The position numbers were made by a program, and so were the translations under genes. Of a stretch of 32,000 nt of DNA, positions 1-6,867 are shown in pieces; position 1 is the stretch's first letter, and every line of letters starts with the position of its first letter. Source of the stretch: Modicisalibacter tunisiensis (GTDB taxonomy: Bacteria; Pseudomonadota; Gammaproteobacteria; Pseudomonadales; Halomonadaceae); the NCBI RefSeq assembly GCF_020148005.1, contig NZ_JAGXFD010000001.1, positions 348,320-380,319 on the forward strand. Direction: 5' to 3'. The notes under the pieces are model-generated. The model had not been told where the DNA came from and made no database searches. It saw only the letters and a list, made by a program, of their open reading frames with translations.

Positions 1-240
1 GGTGGCGCGTCGCCGGAGCGGCGCGCCGTAATTGGGTCCCCCGTGACGGGGGAGCGGCTTCCTTGCCGTGGGGCGTCCTTGCCCTCTAGGTACCTATCCT
101 TGCCAAATCGGCGGTACCGTCTCATCGCAACCTAAGTCACACATCGCGTGGAGCAGACGCTGCTGAGCTGACGGAGATAAGCTCTCGTTGGGCTCAGCCG
201 GGAAGCGAATCGAGCCGTTTGAACCGCTTCCCGTTGCTCA
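1..240 (-). ncRNA. Candidate sigma-54-dependent structured RNA or long 5' leader, truncated by the left window edge
   Basis: No ORF in the track covers this stretch. It lies downstream of the predicted sigma-54 promoter at 252..266. At least five stem-loops can be drawn by hand: 200..232, 162..198, 89..118, 37..53 and 4..27. GGCAAGGA occurs three times on the minus strand (60..67, 76..83, 97..104). The identity is unknown. Confidence 0.3.
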
Positions 241-251
241 CCCTATAGATA

Positions 252-266
252 GCGAAGGGCGTGCCA
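252..266 (-). promoter_or_regulatory. Sigma-54 (RpoN) -24/-12 promoter, TGGCACGcccTTCGC on the minus strand
   Basis: The sequence matches the consensus TGGCACG-N4-TTGC with GG and GC in the canonical register and one mismatch (TCGC for TTGC). The predicted transcription start is near 240, reading leftwards. Confidence 0.45.
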
Positions 267-287
267 CTTTTTCAACAAATTCAATAA

Positions 288-300
288 AATCAAAAACTTA
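288..300. promoter_or_regulatory. IHF-like site AATCAAAAACTTA
   Basis: It fits WATCAANNNNTTR. It sits in an A+T-rich block between the sigma-54 core promoter and the upstream 18-mers, which is the usual position for IHF at sigma-54 promoters. Confidence 0.3.
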
Positions 301-374
301 AATTCTGAAAAAAGCTGGCACGGCATGATTCACCCCAAAAACCGGCCTGTTGGCCCGCCACTGACATCGAAAAA

Positions 375-392
375 TGTTGCCACTTGGCGACA
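375..392. promoter_or_regulatory. Near-perfect 18-bp palindrome TGTTGCCACTTGGCGACA (candidate enhancer-binding-protein site 1)
   Basis: The palindrome is read directly from the sequence. It lies about 135 bp upstream of the predicted sigma-54 start. Its form is TGTY-N10-RACA. Confidence 0.35.
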
Positions 393-439
393 AGATTTCG
401 AGCCCTTTAAAATATCTCAATTAATTCAATGATTTACAG

Positions 440-457
440 TGTCGTCTTCTGGCAACA
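440..457. promoter_or_regulatory. Related 18-mer TGTCGTCTTCTGGCAACA (candidate enhancer-binding-protein site 2)
   Basis: It shares the TGTYG...TGGCRACA ends with the site at 375..392 and lies 65 bp from it. Confidence 0.3.
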
Positions 458-487
458 TCCCAGGAAAGGCAGTCACTCTCAGGCGAC

Positions 488-529
488 ACCGGGGCCGTGA
501 CCCCGGTCATGAGCCCCGGAGGCCGGGGC
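488..529 (-). terminator. Two tandem GC-rich hairpins just downstream of the argA stop (possible terminator or REP-like element)
   Basis: The first is ACCGGGG/CCCCGGT at 488..507 and the second is GCCCCGG-agg-CCGGGGC at 513..529. Neither is followed by a U-tract. Confidence 0.3.
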
Positions 530-541
530 CGGCGAGAGCCG

Positions 542-1915
542 TCAATCAAGGGGCTTGAGCAGGATCTTGGACTTGCGCGCATGGTTGTAGGCCTCGCGGC
601 GCAGCGGCGGCAGCGCGTCGATGTCGGCCAGGCGGAAGCCATGCTCGAAGAACCAGTGGGCGGTATGGGTGGTCAGGGCGAACAGCGCCCGGATGCCCCG
701 CCGACGGGCACGCCGCTCGATCTCGGCGAGCAGCAGCGCGCCCCGTGCGCCGCCCCGGTAATCGCCGTGCACGGCGACGCAGGCCAGCTCGGCCATGGCC
801 GCGTCGACGAACGGGTGCAGCGCCGCGCAGCCGATGATCATGCCGTCACGCTCGATCACCAGGTAGTCGTCGATCTCATGCTCCAGGCGTTCGCGGGAGC
901 GCGCCACCAGCATGCCGCGTTCCTCCAGCGGGCGCAGCAGCTCGAGCAGCCCGGCGACGTCGCCGAGCTCGGCGGGGCGCAGCTGCTCATAGCGGTGCTG
1001 GGTGATCATGGTGCCCACCCCGTCGCGGGTGAACAGCTCGCCGATCAGGGCATCATGGTCATGCCAGGAGACCAGGTGCGTGCGGGCCACGCCGTGGCGG
1101 GCGGCCTCGCAGGCCGCGGCGAGGTGGCGGGCCATCTCGCTGCCCGGCGCCGCGGCACGCCGCAGCGAGGTGGCCTCGTCGGGCGTCAGCTGCCGCAGCA
1201 GGGCACCGCTTGCGTCGTGCAGGCCCTCGGCCTCGCCGAGCAGGATCAGCTTGTCGGCCTTCAGCGCCACGGCCGCCTGCTGGGCCACCTCCGCGGCGTC
1301 GAGATCGAAGACCTCGCCGGTGCTGGAAAACCCCAGCGGCGGCAGGATGACCAGCGAGCCGCGCTCGAGCAGCGCCTCGACGGCGGCGGAACGTACCCGA
1401 CGCACCTCGCCGCTGTGGTCGAAGTCGATGCCCTCGCGCACGCCCAGCGGCTTGGCCATCACCAGATTGCCGGACACCGCGGTCAGCTCGACGCCGTGCA
1501 TCGGCGTGTTGGGCAGCCCCAGCGACAGCCGCGCCTCGAGCCACAACCGCTGCTCGGCGGCCACGCGCTCGACACAGCGCATGATCGGGGCATCGGCGAC
1601 CCAGCGCCCGTCGTGGCGCACCGGTTCGATCCCCGCCTCGGCCAGCGCCGCGCCGACCTGCGGGCGGATGCCGTAGACCACCACCAGCCGCACCCCCAGG
1701 GTATGCAGCAGCGCCAGATCCTGGATCAGTTGCTCACCGCGCCCGTTGGCTACCGCCTCACCCTCGATGAGGATGACGAAGGTTCGGCCGCGATGTGCGT
1801 TGATGTAGGGCGAGGAATTGCGGAACCAGTCGACGAAGGGAAAGCGCGTCTGCACGGCCAGGGGAGCTCCGACGGAAGATGAGTGGCAGGAAGAGTGGGC
1901 CGCCGGTAGTGGCAC
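542..1915 (-). CDS. argA: N-acetylglutamate synthase (amino-acid N-acetyltransferase)
   Basis: This is a 457-aa ORF. The N-terminal region (FVDWFRNSSPYINAHRGRTFVILIEG...LLHTLGVRLVVVYG) is typical of the ArgA amino-acid-kinase-fold domain. The C-terminal region has a GNAT motif (VAVHGDYRGGARG). The first 20 aa from the 1915 start look like an extension, and GTG at 1855 preceded by GGAG is an alternative start. Confidence 0.9.
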   Translation of the reverse strand: MPLPAAHSSCHSSSVGAPLAVQTRFPFVDWFRNSSPYINAHRGRTFVILIEGEAVANGRGEQLIQDLALLHTLGVRLVVVYGIRPQVGAALAEAGIEPVRHDGRWVADAPIMRCVERVAAEQRLWLEARLSLGLPNTPMHGVELTAVSGNLVMAKPLGVREGIDFDHSGEVRRVRSAAVEALLERGSLVILPPLGFSSTGEVFDLDAAEVAQQAAVALKADKLILLGEAEGLHDASGALLRQLTPDEATSLRRAAAPGSEMARHLAAACEAARHGVARTHLVSWHDHDALIGELFTRDGVGTMITQHRYEQLRPAELGDVAGLLELLRPLEERGMLVARSRERLEHEIDDYLVIERDGMIIGCAALHPFVDAAMAELACVAVHGDYRGGARGALLLAEIERRARRRGIRALFALTTHTAHWFFEHGFRLADIDALPPLRREAYNHARKSKILLKPLD

Positions 1916-2229
1916 GGGCCCGGTCCCTGACTATATCAGAGCCCATGAAAAGGCGGGACTCCCCGGAGGGAGCCCCACAGGGCAATTGTCGTTGCCATGA
2001 CGAGGTGCGCCGGGGACAGGTCGAAGAGGGGGTCCTACGCCATGGCCGGAAAATGTTCCTTTCCATTCCGGCATTTCCGCCATCCATGGCGGTCAGATGG
2101 CGTAGGTAGCGCCCAGGGAAGGGTCCACAGCGCCCCCTCGCAGACCTGGCGACGGATCAGCCCCGTGTGCTGCGCCTATCTGCGATCGTTCTGAGGGAGC
2201 TGTCTGCATTGCCAACTCGCTGAAAGCCG

Positions 2230-3501
2230 TCAGACGCCGAACATGCCCTTGAGCATGAAGAAGAACAGGATCGCCAGCAGCGCGCCGGCCGGCAGCGTGA
2301 TCAGCCACGACAGCACGATGGTGCTCAGCACGCGCAGGTTGAGCGCCGCCATGCCGCGGGCCAGTCCCACGCCGAGTACCGCGCCGACCAGGGTATGGGT
2401 CGTGGAGATCGGCAGGCCGGTCCCCGAGGCCAGCACCACCGTGGTGGCGGCGGCCAGGGTGGCGGCGAAGCCGCGACTGGGCGTGAGCTCGGTGATGCCG
2501 GTGCCCACGGTGGCGATCACCTTGTGGCCGTAGGTCACCAGGCCGACGACGATGCCGCCACCGCCCAGCACCAGCACCCACCAGGGCAGGGCCGCGGCCC
2601 CGCCGATATCGCCATTGGAGCCGACCACGCTGATCACCGCGGCCAGCGGGCCGACGGCGTTGGCGACGTCGTTGGAACCGTGGGCGAAGGCCATGGCACA
2701 GGCGGTGAACATCATCAGCACGCCGAACACCCGCTCGACGCTGGAGTAGCCGAAGCTGTCGCCGGCACGCTTCTTCTCGCGGTTGACGCGATTCTCCAGC
2801 AGGATGCCCAGCACCATGATCACCACCCCGATGGCCGCGGCGATCAGCAGACTCTGGCCGAAGCTCAGGTCGAGCCCCACGTGGGAGAGCCCCTTGACCA
2901 GGGTGACCATGGAAATCACGAAGCCCACCAGGAAGATGTAGGCCGGCACGTAACGCTTGGCGGCGGCGAAAGGATCGCGATTCTCGAAGATCAGTACCTG
3001 CACCGAGCGGAACAGCACATAGGCGATGGACCCGGCCAGCAGCGGCGACACCACCCAGCTGGCGGCGATCTGCCCCACCTTGCCCCAGCCGACCGAGTCG
3101 ACGCCGAGGCCGGCGACGGCGAAACCGACGATCGCCCCGACGATGGAATGGGTGGTGGACACCGGCCAGCCCCGGGCCGAGGCGATCAGCAGCCACAACC
3201 CGGCAGCCAGCAGCGAGGCCAGCATGCCGTAGACCAGCAACTCGGGGCTTCCGGTCAGCAGGGAGGGGTCGATGATCCCCTTGCGGATGGTTTCGGTGAC
3301 CTGGCCGCCGGCCAGCCAGGCGCCCAGGAACTCGAAGACCACCGCGATGATGATCGCCTGTCGGATGGTGATGGCCTTGGAACCGACCGAGGTCCCCATG
3401 GCGTTGGCCACGTCGTTGGCACCGACGCCCCAGGCCATGAAGAAACCGAAGACACAGGCGAGAATGATGAATACGTCGCCGTATTGCGCAATGATGGACA
3501 T
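2230..3501 (-). CDS. pit: Inorganic phosphate transporter, PiT family
   Basis: I trimmed the track ORF (TTG at 3531) to ATG at 3501 (MSIIAQYGDVF...). Both PiT signature repeats are present: GANDVANAMGTSVGS and GSNDVANAVGPL. The protein is polytopic and hydrophobic throughout. Confidence 0.9.
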   Translation of the reverse strand: MSIIAQYGDVFIILACVFGFFMAWGVGANDVANAMGTSVGSKAITIRQAIIIAVVFEFLGAWLAGGQVTETIRKGIIDPSLLTGSPELLVYGMLASLLAAGLWLLIASARGWPVSTTHSIVGAIVGFAVAGLGVDSVGWGKVGQIAASWVVSPLLAGSIAYVLFRSVQVLIFENRDPFAAAKRYVPAYIFLVGFVISMVTLVKGLSHVGLDLSFGQSLLIAAAIGVVIMVLGILLENRVNREKKRAGDSFGYSSVERVFGVLMMFTACAMAFAHGSNDVANAVGPLAAVISVVGSNGDIGGAAALPWWVLVLGGGGIVVGLVTYGHKVIATVGTGITELTPSRGFAATLAAATTVVLASGTGLPISTTHTLVGAVLGVGLARGMAALNLRVLSTIVLSWLITLPAGALLAILFFFMLKGMFGV

Positions 3502-3532
3502 AGGCAGGACTGTTCTTGAGTGACGTGTCAAA

Positions 3533-3553
3533 GCCCGGGGCGAACGCCCGGGC
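3533..3553 (-). other. Intercistronic hairpin GCCCGGG-gcgaacg-CCCGGGC between the DUF47 gene and pit
   Basis: A perfect 7-bp stem fills the 52-bp gap between the two genes. Its function is unknown; mRNA processing or stability is possible. Confidence 0.3.
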
Positions 3554-4234
3554 TCAGCGTGCGGTGAGAATCTGCAGACGACTGCCGACGCGTTCGGCGC
3601 GATCGGCCAGATCGCCGATCCAGTCGATGATCTTGTAGAGGAACATCACATCCACCGGCGGCAGCTGACTTTCGAGATCGAACAGCTGGCGGCGAATGGT
3701 GATTTCCTGATCGTCGGCCTGATGCTCGAGCTCGTGCAGCTCGCGGATCAGGTTCTGCATCAGATCCGACACATTGCGACCGAAACCGGACTCGAGCAGA
3801 TCCTCGAGTTCCTCCAGCGCCTTGCGCGCCTGATTCACGGTGGCCACCGCCGTGACCAGATACTCGCGCATCGGCACGGCCAGCGACTCGGGTACCTGCA
3901 TGCGGCGCCCCAGCATGATGCCGGTGATGTCGCGGGCCTTGTTGGCGATCTTGTCCTGTACGCTGATCAGCTCCAGCAGATCGGAGCGCGAGACGGGCAG
4001 AAAGAGCGTGTTCGGCAGGTTGAGGCGCAGCTGGGTCTTGAGTACATCGGCCTCGTGCTCGAGGTCGGTGACTGCCTCGCGACACCGGGCCGCCGTCTCC
4101 CAGTCGCCGGCCTGAGCGGCGTCGAAGAACGGCAGCAACTGATCGGCACACTCGCTGGTCTTGACGATGTGCGCCAGCAGCGGTTGAAAAGGCGATCGCC
4201 CGAACAACGCGGAAAACGGGTTGGATGTCACCAT
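3554..4234 (-). CDS. DUF47 / PhoU-like phosphate-transport accessory protein (Pit accessory protein)
   Basis: The ORF is trimmed to ATG at 4234 (MVTSNPFSALFGRSPFQPLL...). The protein is helical and acidic and lies immediately upstream of the PiT transporter, which is the conserved pairing for this family. Confidence 0.8.
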   Translation of the reverse strand: MVTSNPFSALFGRSPFQPLLAHIVKTSECADQLLPFFDAAQAGDWETAARCREAVTDLEHEADVLKTQLRLNLPNTLFLPVSRSDLLELISVQDKIANKARDITGIMLGRRMQVPESLAVPMREYLVTAVATVNQARKALEELEDLLESGFGRNVSDLMQNLIRELHELEHQADDQEITIRRQLFDLESQLPPVDVMFLYKIIDWIGDLADRAERVGSRLQILTAR

Positions 4235-4270
4235 GAAGGCATCATTCGTCGATTGGGTAATGGCGCGCCC

Positions 4271-4299
4271 AGTATAGTGACTCGCCAACCCAGCGTCAT
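4271..4299 (-). promoter_or_regulatory. Candidate sigma-70 promoter for the DUF47-pit operon
   Basis: On the minus strand, ATGACG (4299..4294) is followed by a 17-bp spacer and then TATACT (4276..4271), about 40 bp upstream of the ATG at 4234. Confidence 0.35.
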
Positions 4300-4336
4300 G
4301 AAAAATTCATCTTTGACGAATCATGGAGATAGCACG

Positions 4337-5230
4337 ATGCCGCAGGAAATCGAACTCAAGCTGGCCCTCGGTGCCGGTGCCGCCGAGGCACTGCCCGCGC
4401 ACCCGCGGCTGGCCGGGATCGCCCCCGTCCGCGAGCACCTGGCCAACACCTACTACGACACCCCGGCAGGCGATCTGGAACGCGCCCGAGTGGCCCTGCG
4501 CATCCGGCGCACGCCCGACCGCTGGCTGCAGACCCTGAAGACCGCCGGCCAGGGCTCCGGCGGGCTGTCCACCCGCGGCGAGTGGGAGTGGGAGATTCCC
4601 GGCCCGGCCCTGGATCTCGAGGGGCTCGCGGCGCTGGAGCCGATGCAGGCGCTGGGCGAGCCGGTACTCGCTTCCCTCTCCCCCGGCTTCACGACCGACT
4701 TCGAGCGCCTGAGCTGGTGGCTGGAAGGCCCCGAGGCCACCATCGAGGTCGCGCTGGACAACGGCGAGGTCCGTGCCGGCGAGCGCCGCGCGCCCATCGA
4801 GGAGCTCGAGCTCGAGCTCGAGCTCAAGGGCGGCGATCCGGCGGCCGGCGCTCCGGCGGCGCTTTGGCGCCTCGCCGAGGACATCGCCGATACCCTGGCA
4901 CTGCGCCCGGCCAACACCAGCAAGGCCGCCCGTGGCGCCGCCCTGCGCGACGGCCGCTGGCCGCTCGAGGACGCTCCCCTGCCCAGCGAGGCGGCGGCAC
5001 GCTTCGACCGGGCCATCACCGCCCTCGATGCCCTGGCCGACAGCGGCGACGCGCGCTTTCTCGGGATGGCCCGCGCGGCACTGCAGAGCCTGGCCGACGA
5101 TACCACCCTGCCCGCCGACCCACGCGACTCGGCCCGCGAGCTGGCCTCGGCACTCGATGCCACGCCCTGGCTGACCCCCGCCTTCGGCCGCCGCAGCCTG
5201 GCGCTGCTCGCCGCCCTGCACCGCCGCTGA
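4337..5230 (+). CDS. CYTH-domain protein (YgiF/CyaB-like inorganic triphosphatase family)
   Basis: The track ORF 3722..5230 is trimmed to ATG at 4337, which has GGAG 7 nt upstream. The N-terminal EIELKL (ExExK) motif and the later acidic strand EELELELELKG are CYTH hallmarks. The Ala-rich helical C-terminal ~100 aa is much shorter than a full CHAD domain. Confidence 0.8.
   Translation: MPQEIELKLALGAGAAEALPAHPRLAGIAPVREHLANTYYDTPAGDLERARVALRIRRTPDRWLQTLKTAGQGSGGLSTRGEWEWEIPGPALDLEGLAALEPMQALGEPVLASLSPGFTTDFERLSWWLEGPEATIEVALDNGEVRAGERRAPIEELELELELKGGDPAAGAPAALWRLAEDIADTLALRPANTSKAARGAALRDGRWPLEDAPLPSEAAARFDRAITALDALADSGDARFLGMARAALQSLADDTTLPADPRDSARELASALDATPWLTPAFGRRSLALLAALHRR
4802..4825 (+). 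repeat. Perfect (GAGCTC)x4 hexanucleotide tandem inside the CYTH gene
   Basis: The repeat is read directly from the sequence. It encodes ELELELEL. Each unit is a palindrome, so the 24-mer is self-complementary. Confidence 0.95.
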
Positions 5231-5245
5231 TTCGAGGAGACCCGC

Positions 5246-6118
5246 GTGCCTTCACTTCGCCCGGCCGGTGTCGGCCTGCGTACCCGGCTGTTCCAGATCA
5301 TCTTCGAGTCCGACACGCGGCTCGCCAAGGGCTTCGACCTGCTGCTGATCGGCCTGATCCTGGTCAGCGTGGCGGTGGTGATGCTCGACAGCGTGGCCGT
5401 GCTGCGCGCGCGTTACGGCGAGGGGTTCCGCCTGCTCGAGTGGGGCTTCACCCTGGCCTTCACCGCGGAGCTGGGGCTGCGCCTGTACTGTCTCGAGCGC
5501 CCGCTGCGCTATCTCAGGAGCTTCTACGGGGTCATCGACCTGCTGTCGATCCTGCCCACCTGGCTGAGCCTGCTGATCCCCGGCGCGCAGTCGCTGCTGG
5601 TGGTGCGCATCCTGCGCGTCCTGCGTCTGCTGCGGGTGCTGCGGCTGATGGAGTTTATCGGCGAGGGCACGCTGCTGGTCCAGGCGCTTAGGCGCAGCAG
5701 CCGCAAGATCCTGCTGTTCTTCTCCACGGTGCTGATGCTGGTGACCATCTTCGGCTCGCTGATCTACCTGATCGAGCCCGCCGAGGCCGGCTTCACCAGC
5801 ATTCCCAAGGCGTTGTACTGGGCGATCGTCACCCTGACCACGGTGGGCTACGGCGACATCACGCCGATCACGCCGATCGGCCAGTTCATCTCGGCGATGG
5901 TGATGGTGATGGGCTACGCGATCCTCGCCGTGCCCACCGGGGTGTTCTCGGCGGAGATGATCCGCTCGATCCGCGAACAGCATTACTCCGACGAGGCCTG
6001 CCCGGGCTGCGGCCACGAGGGGCACGAACGCGATGCACGCTACTGCCGGCGCTGCGGCACCTGGCTCGACGAGGAAACCGAGGACCCGCGCCACCACGAA
6101 CGGGGCCGAGACCACTGA
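5246..6118 (+). CDS. Voltage-gated-type (6TM) potassium channel with C-terminal zinc-ribbon
   Basis: The gene has a GTG start with GAGGAG 6 nt upstream. It carries an S4-like RILRVLRLLRVLRL segment, the K+ selectivity filter TTVGYGD, and a C-terminal CPGC-N11-CRRC motif. Confidence 0.85.
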   Translation: MPSLRPAGVGLRTRLFQIIFESDTRLAKGFDLLLIGLILVSVAVVMLDSVAVLRARYGEGFRLLEWGFTLAFTAELGLRLYCLERPLRYLRSFYGVIDLLSILPTWLSLLIPGAQSLLVVRILRVLRLLRVLRLMEFIGEGTLLVQALRRSSRKILLFFSTVLMLVTIFGSLIYLIEPAEAGFTSIPKALYWAIVTLTTVGYGDITPITPIGQFISAMVMVMGYAILAVPTGVFSAEMIRSIREQHYSDEACPGCGHEGHERDARYCRRCGTWLDEETEDPRHHERGRDH

Positions 6119-6128
6119 ACGTCATTCA

Positions 6129-6168
6129 GGCCCCGGCATCTTCACCGCCGGGGCCGCCGTTGCGGCGG
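6129..6168. terminator. GC-rich hairpins between the convergent K-channel and yciO genes
   Basis: GGCCCCGGC-N9-GCCGGGGCC lies at 6129..6155, followed by CCGCC-N5-GGCGG. There is no clear U-tract. Confidence 0.35.
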
Positions 6169-6175
6169 GCGGGGC

Positions 6176-6799
6176 TTATTCGGTGAAGGGCGTGGTGTCG
6201 CCGCGGCCTTCGCGGACGATGGTCGGCGGCAGCTCGCGCAGGTCGACCACCGTGGTCGGCTCCAGCGAACAGGCGCCGCCGTCGATGACCAGATCGAGAT
6301 GGGCGCCGAAGCGTTCGCGGATCGCCTCGGGGTCGGTCATCGGCAGTGCCTCGTCGACCGGGATCAGGGTCACGCTCATCAGCGGCTCGCCCAGCGCCTC
6401 GAGCAGGGCGTGGGTGATGCGGTGGTCGGGCACGCGCACGCCGATCGAGCGCCGCTTGGGGTGCAGCAGCAGGCGCGGCACCTCGCTGGTGGCGTTGAGG
6501 ATGAAGGTGTAGGGCCCGGGCGTGTGGCTCTTCAGCAGACGAAAGACGGCATTGTCGACCTTGGCGTAGGTGCCGATCTCGGAAAGGTCCGAGCACACCA
6601 GGGTGAAGTTGTGCTTGTCGTCCAGCGAACGCAGCCACTTGATCGTCTCGATCGCCTTCTTGTCCCCCAGATGACAGCCCAGGGCATAGCCGGAATCCGT
6701 CGGGTAGGCGACGACCCCGCCGTCGCGGATGATCTTCAGCGCCTGGTCGATCAGGCGTTTCTGCGGGTTTTCCGGATGGATCTGGAAGAATTGAGTCAT
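6176..6799 (-). CDS. yciO: YciO / YrdC-Sua5 family (threonylcarbamoyl-AMP synthase-like) protein
   Basis: The ORF is trimmed to ATG at 6799 (MTQFFQIHPENPQ...). It contains YPTDSGYALGC and SIGVRVPDH motifs of the YrdC fold. It is syntenic with trpH/yciV, as in enterobacteria. Confidence 0.85.
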   Translation of the reverse strand: MTQFFQIHPENPQKRLIDQALKIIRDGGVVAYPTDSGYALGCHLGDKKAIETIKWLRSLDDKHNFTLVCSDLSEIGTYAKVDNAVFRLLKSHTPGPYTFILNATSEVPRLLLHPKRRSIGVRVPDHRITHALLEALGEPLMSVTLIPVDEALPMTDPEAIRERFGAHLDLVIDGGACSLEPTTVVDLRELPPTIVREGRGDTTPFTE

Positions 6800-6867
6800 G
6801 GCCCCTCCTTGCGGTGGTAGTCGGCGCCCCTCGGCACGGGGGCGCAGCGGCCGACGACGCTCATGCG

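Noticed and set aside
1-125. A possible minus-strand ORF starting at ATG 125 (MRRYRRFGKDRYLEGKDAPRQG...) and running off the left edge.
   Set aside because: It has many codons that are rare for this GC content (AGA, AGG, CTA, CGA, TTT, ATT) and only a weak ribosome-binding site. The frame coincides with the GGCAAGGA repeats and the hairpins. It cannot be fully excluded without the flanking sequence.
1-240. The structured left-edge region considered as RNase P RNA, tmRNA, a tRNA, 6S or SRP RNA.
   Set aside because: The region lacks the universal RNase P motifs (GGAAAGTCCGGGC, ACAGAACCCGGCTTA as a contiguous block). It has no T-loop GGTTCGA, no tag-peptide reading frame and no SRP GGAA/AGCA helix-8 motifs on either strand.
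315-331. Plus-strand TGGCACGGCATGATTC and minus-strand TGGCAACATTTTTCG (around 373..387) as additional sigma-54 promoters.
   Set aside because: Both have the -24 TGGCA element but lack the GC dinucleotide at the -12 position in the correct register.
497-1882. A 461-aa plus-strand ORF antisense to argA. Similar long antisense or out-of-frame ORFs include 2395..3519, 8730..10955, 10916..12892, 15081..16238, 16827..18089, 18992..20743, 23645..25906, 24426..25967, 28411..30159 and others.
   Set aside because: These are open frames produced by high GC content. Their translations are low-complexity Arg/Gly/Ala/Pro/His-rich strings with no recognisable motifs. Each lies opposite or out of frame to a gene with clear family signatures.
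3722-4336. A 205-codon N-terminal extension of the CYTH ORF in the track (3722..5230).
   Set aside because: The extension is antisense to the DUF47 gene. The CYTH family signature EIELKL begins right after ATG at 4337, which has its own GGAG ribosome-binding site.
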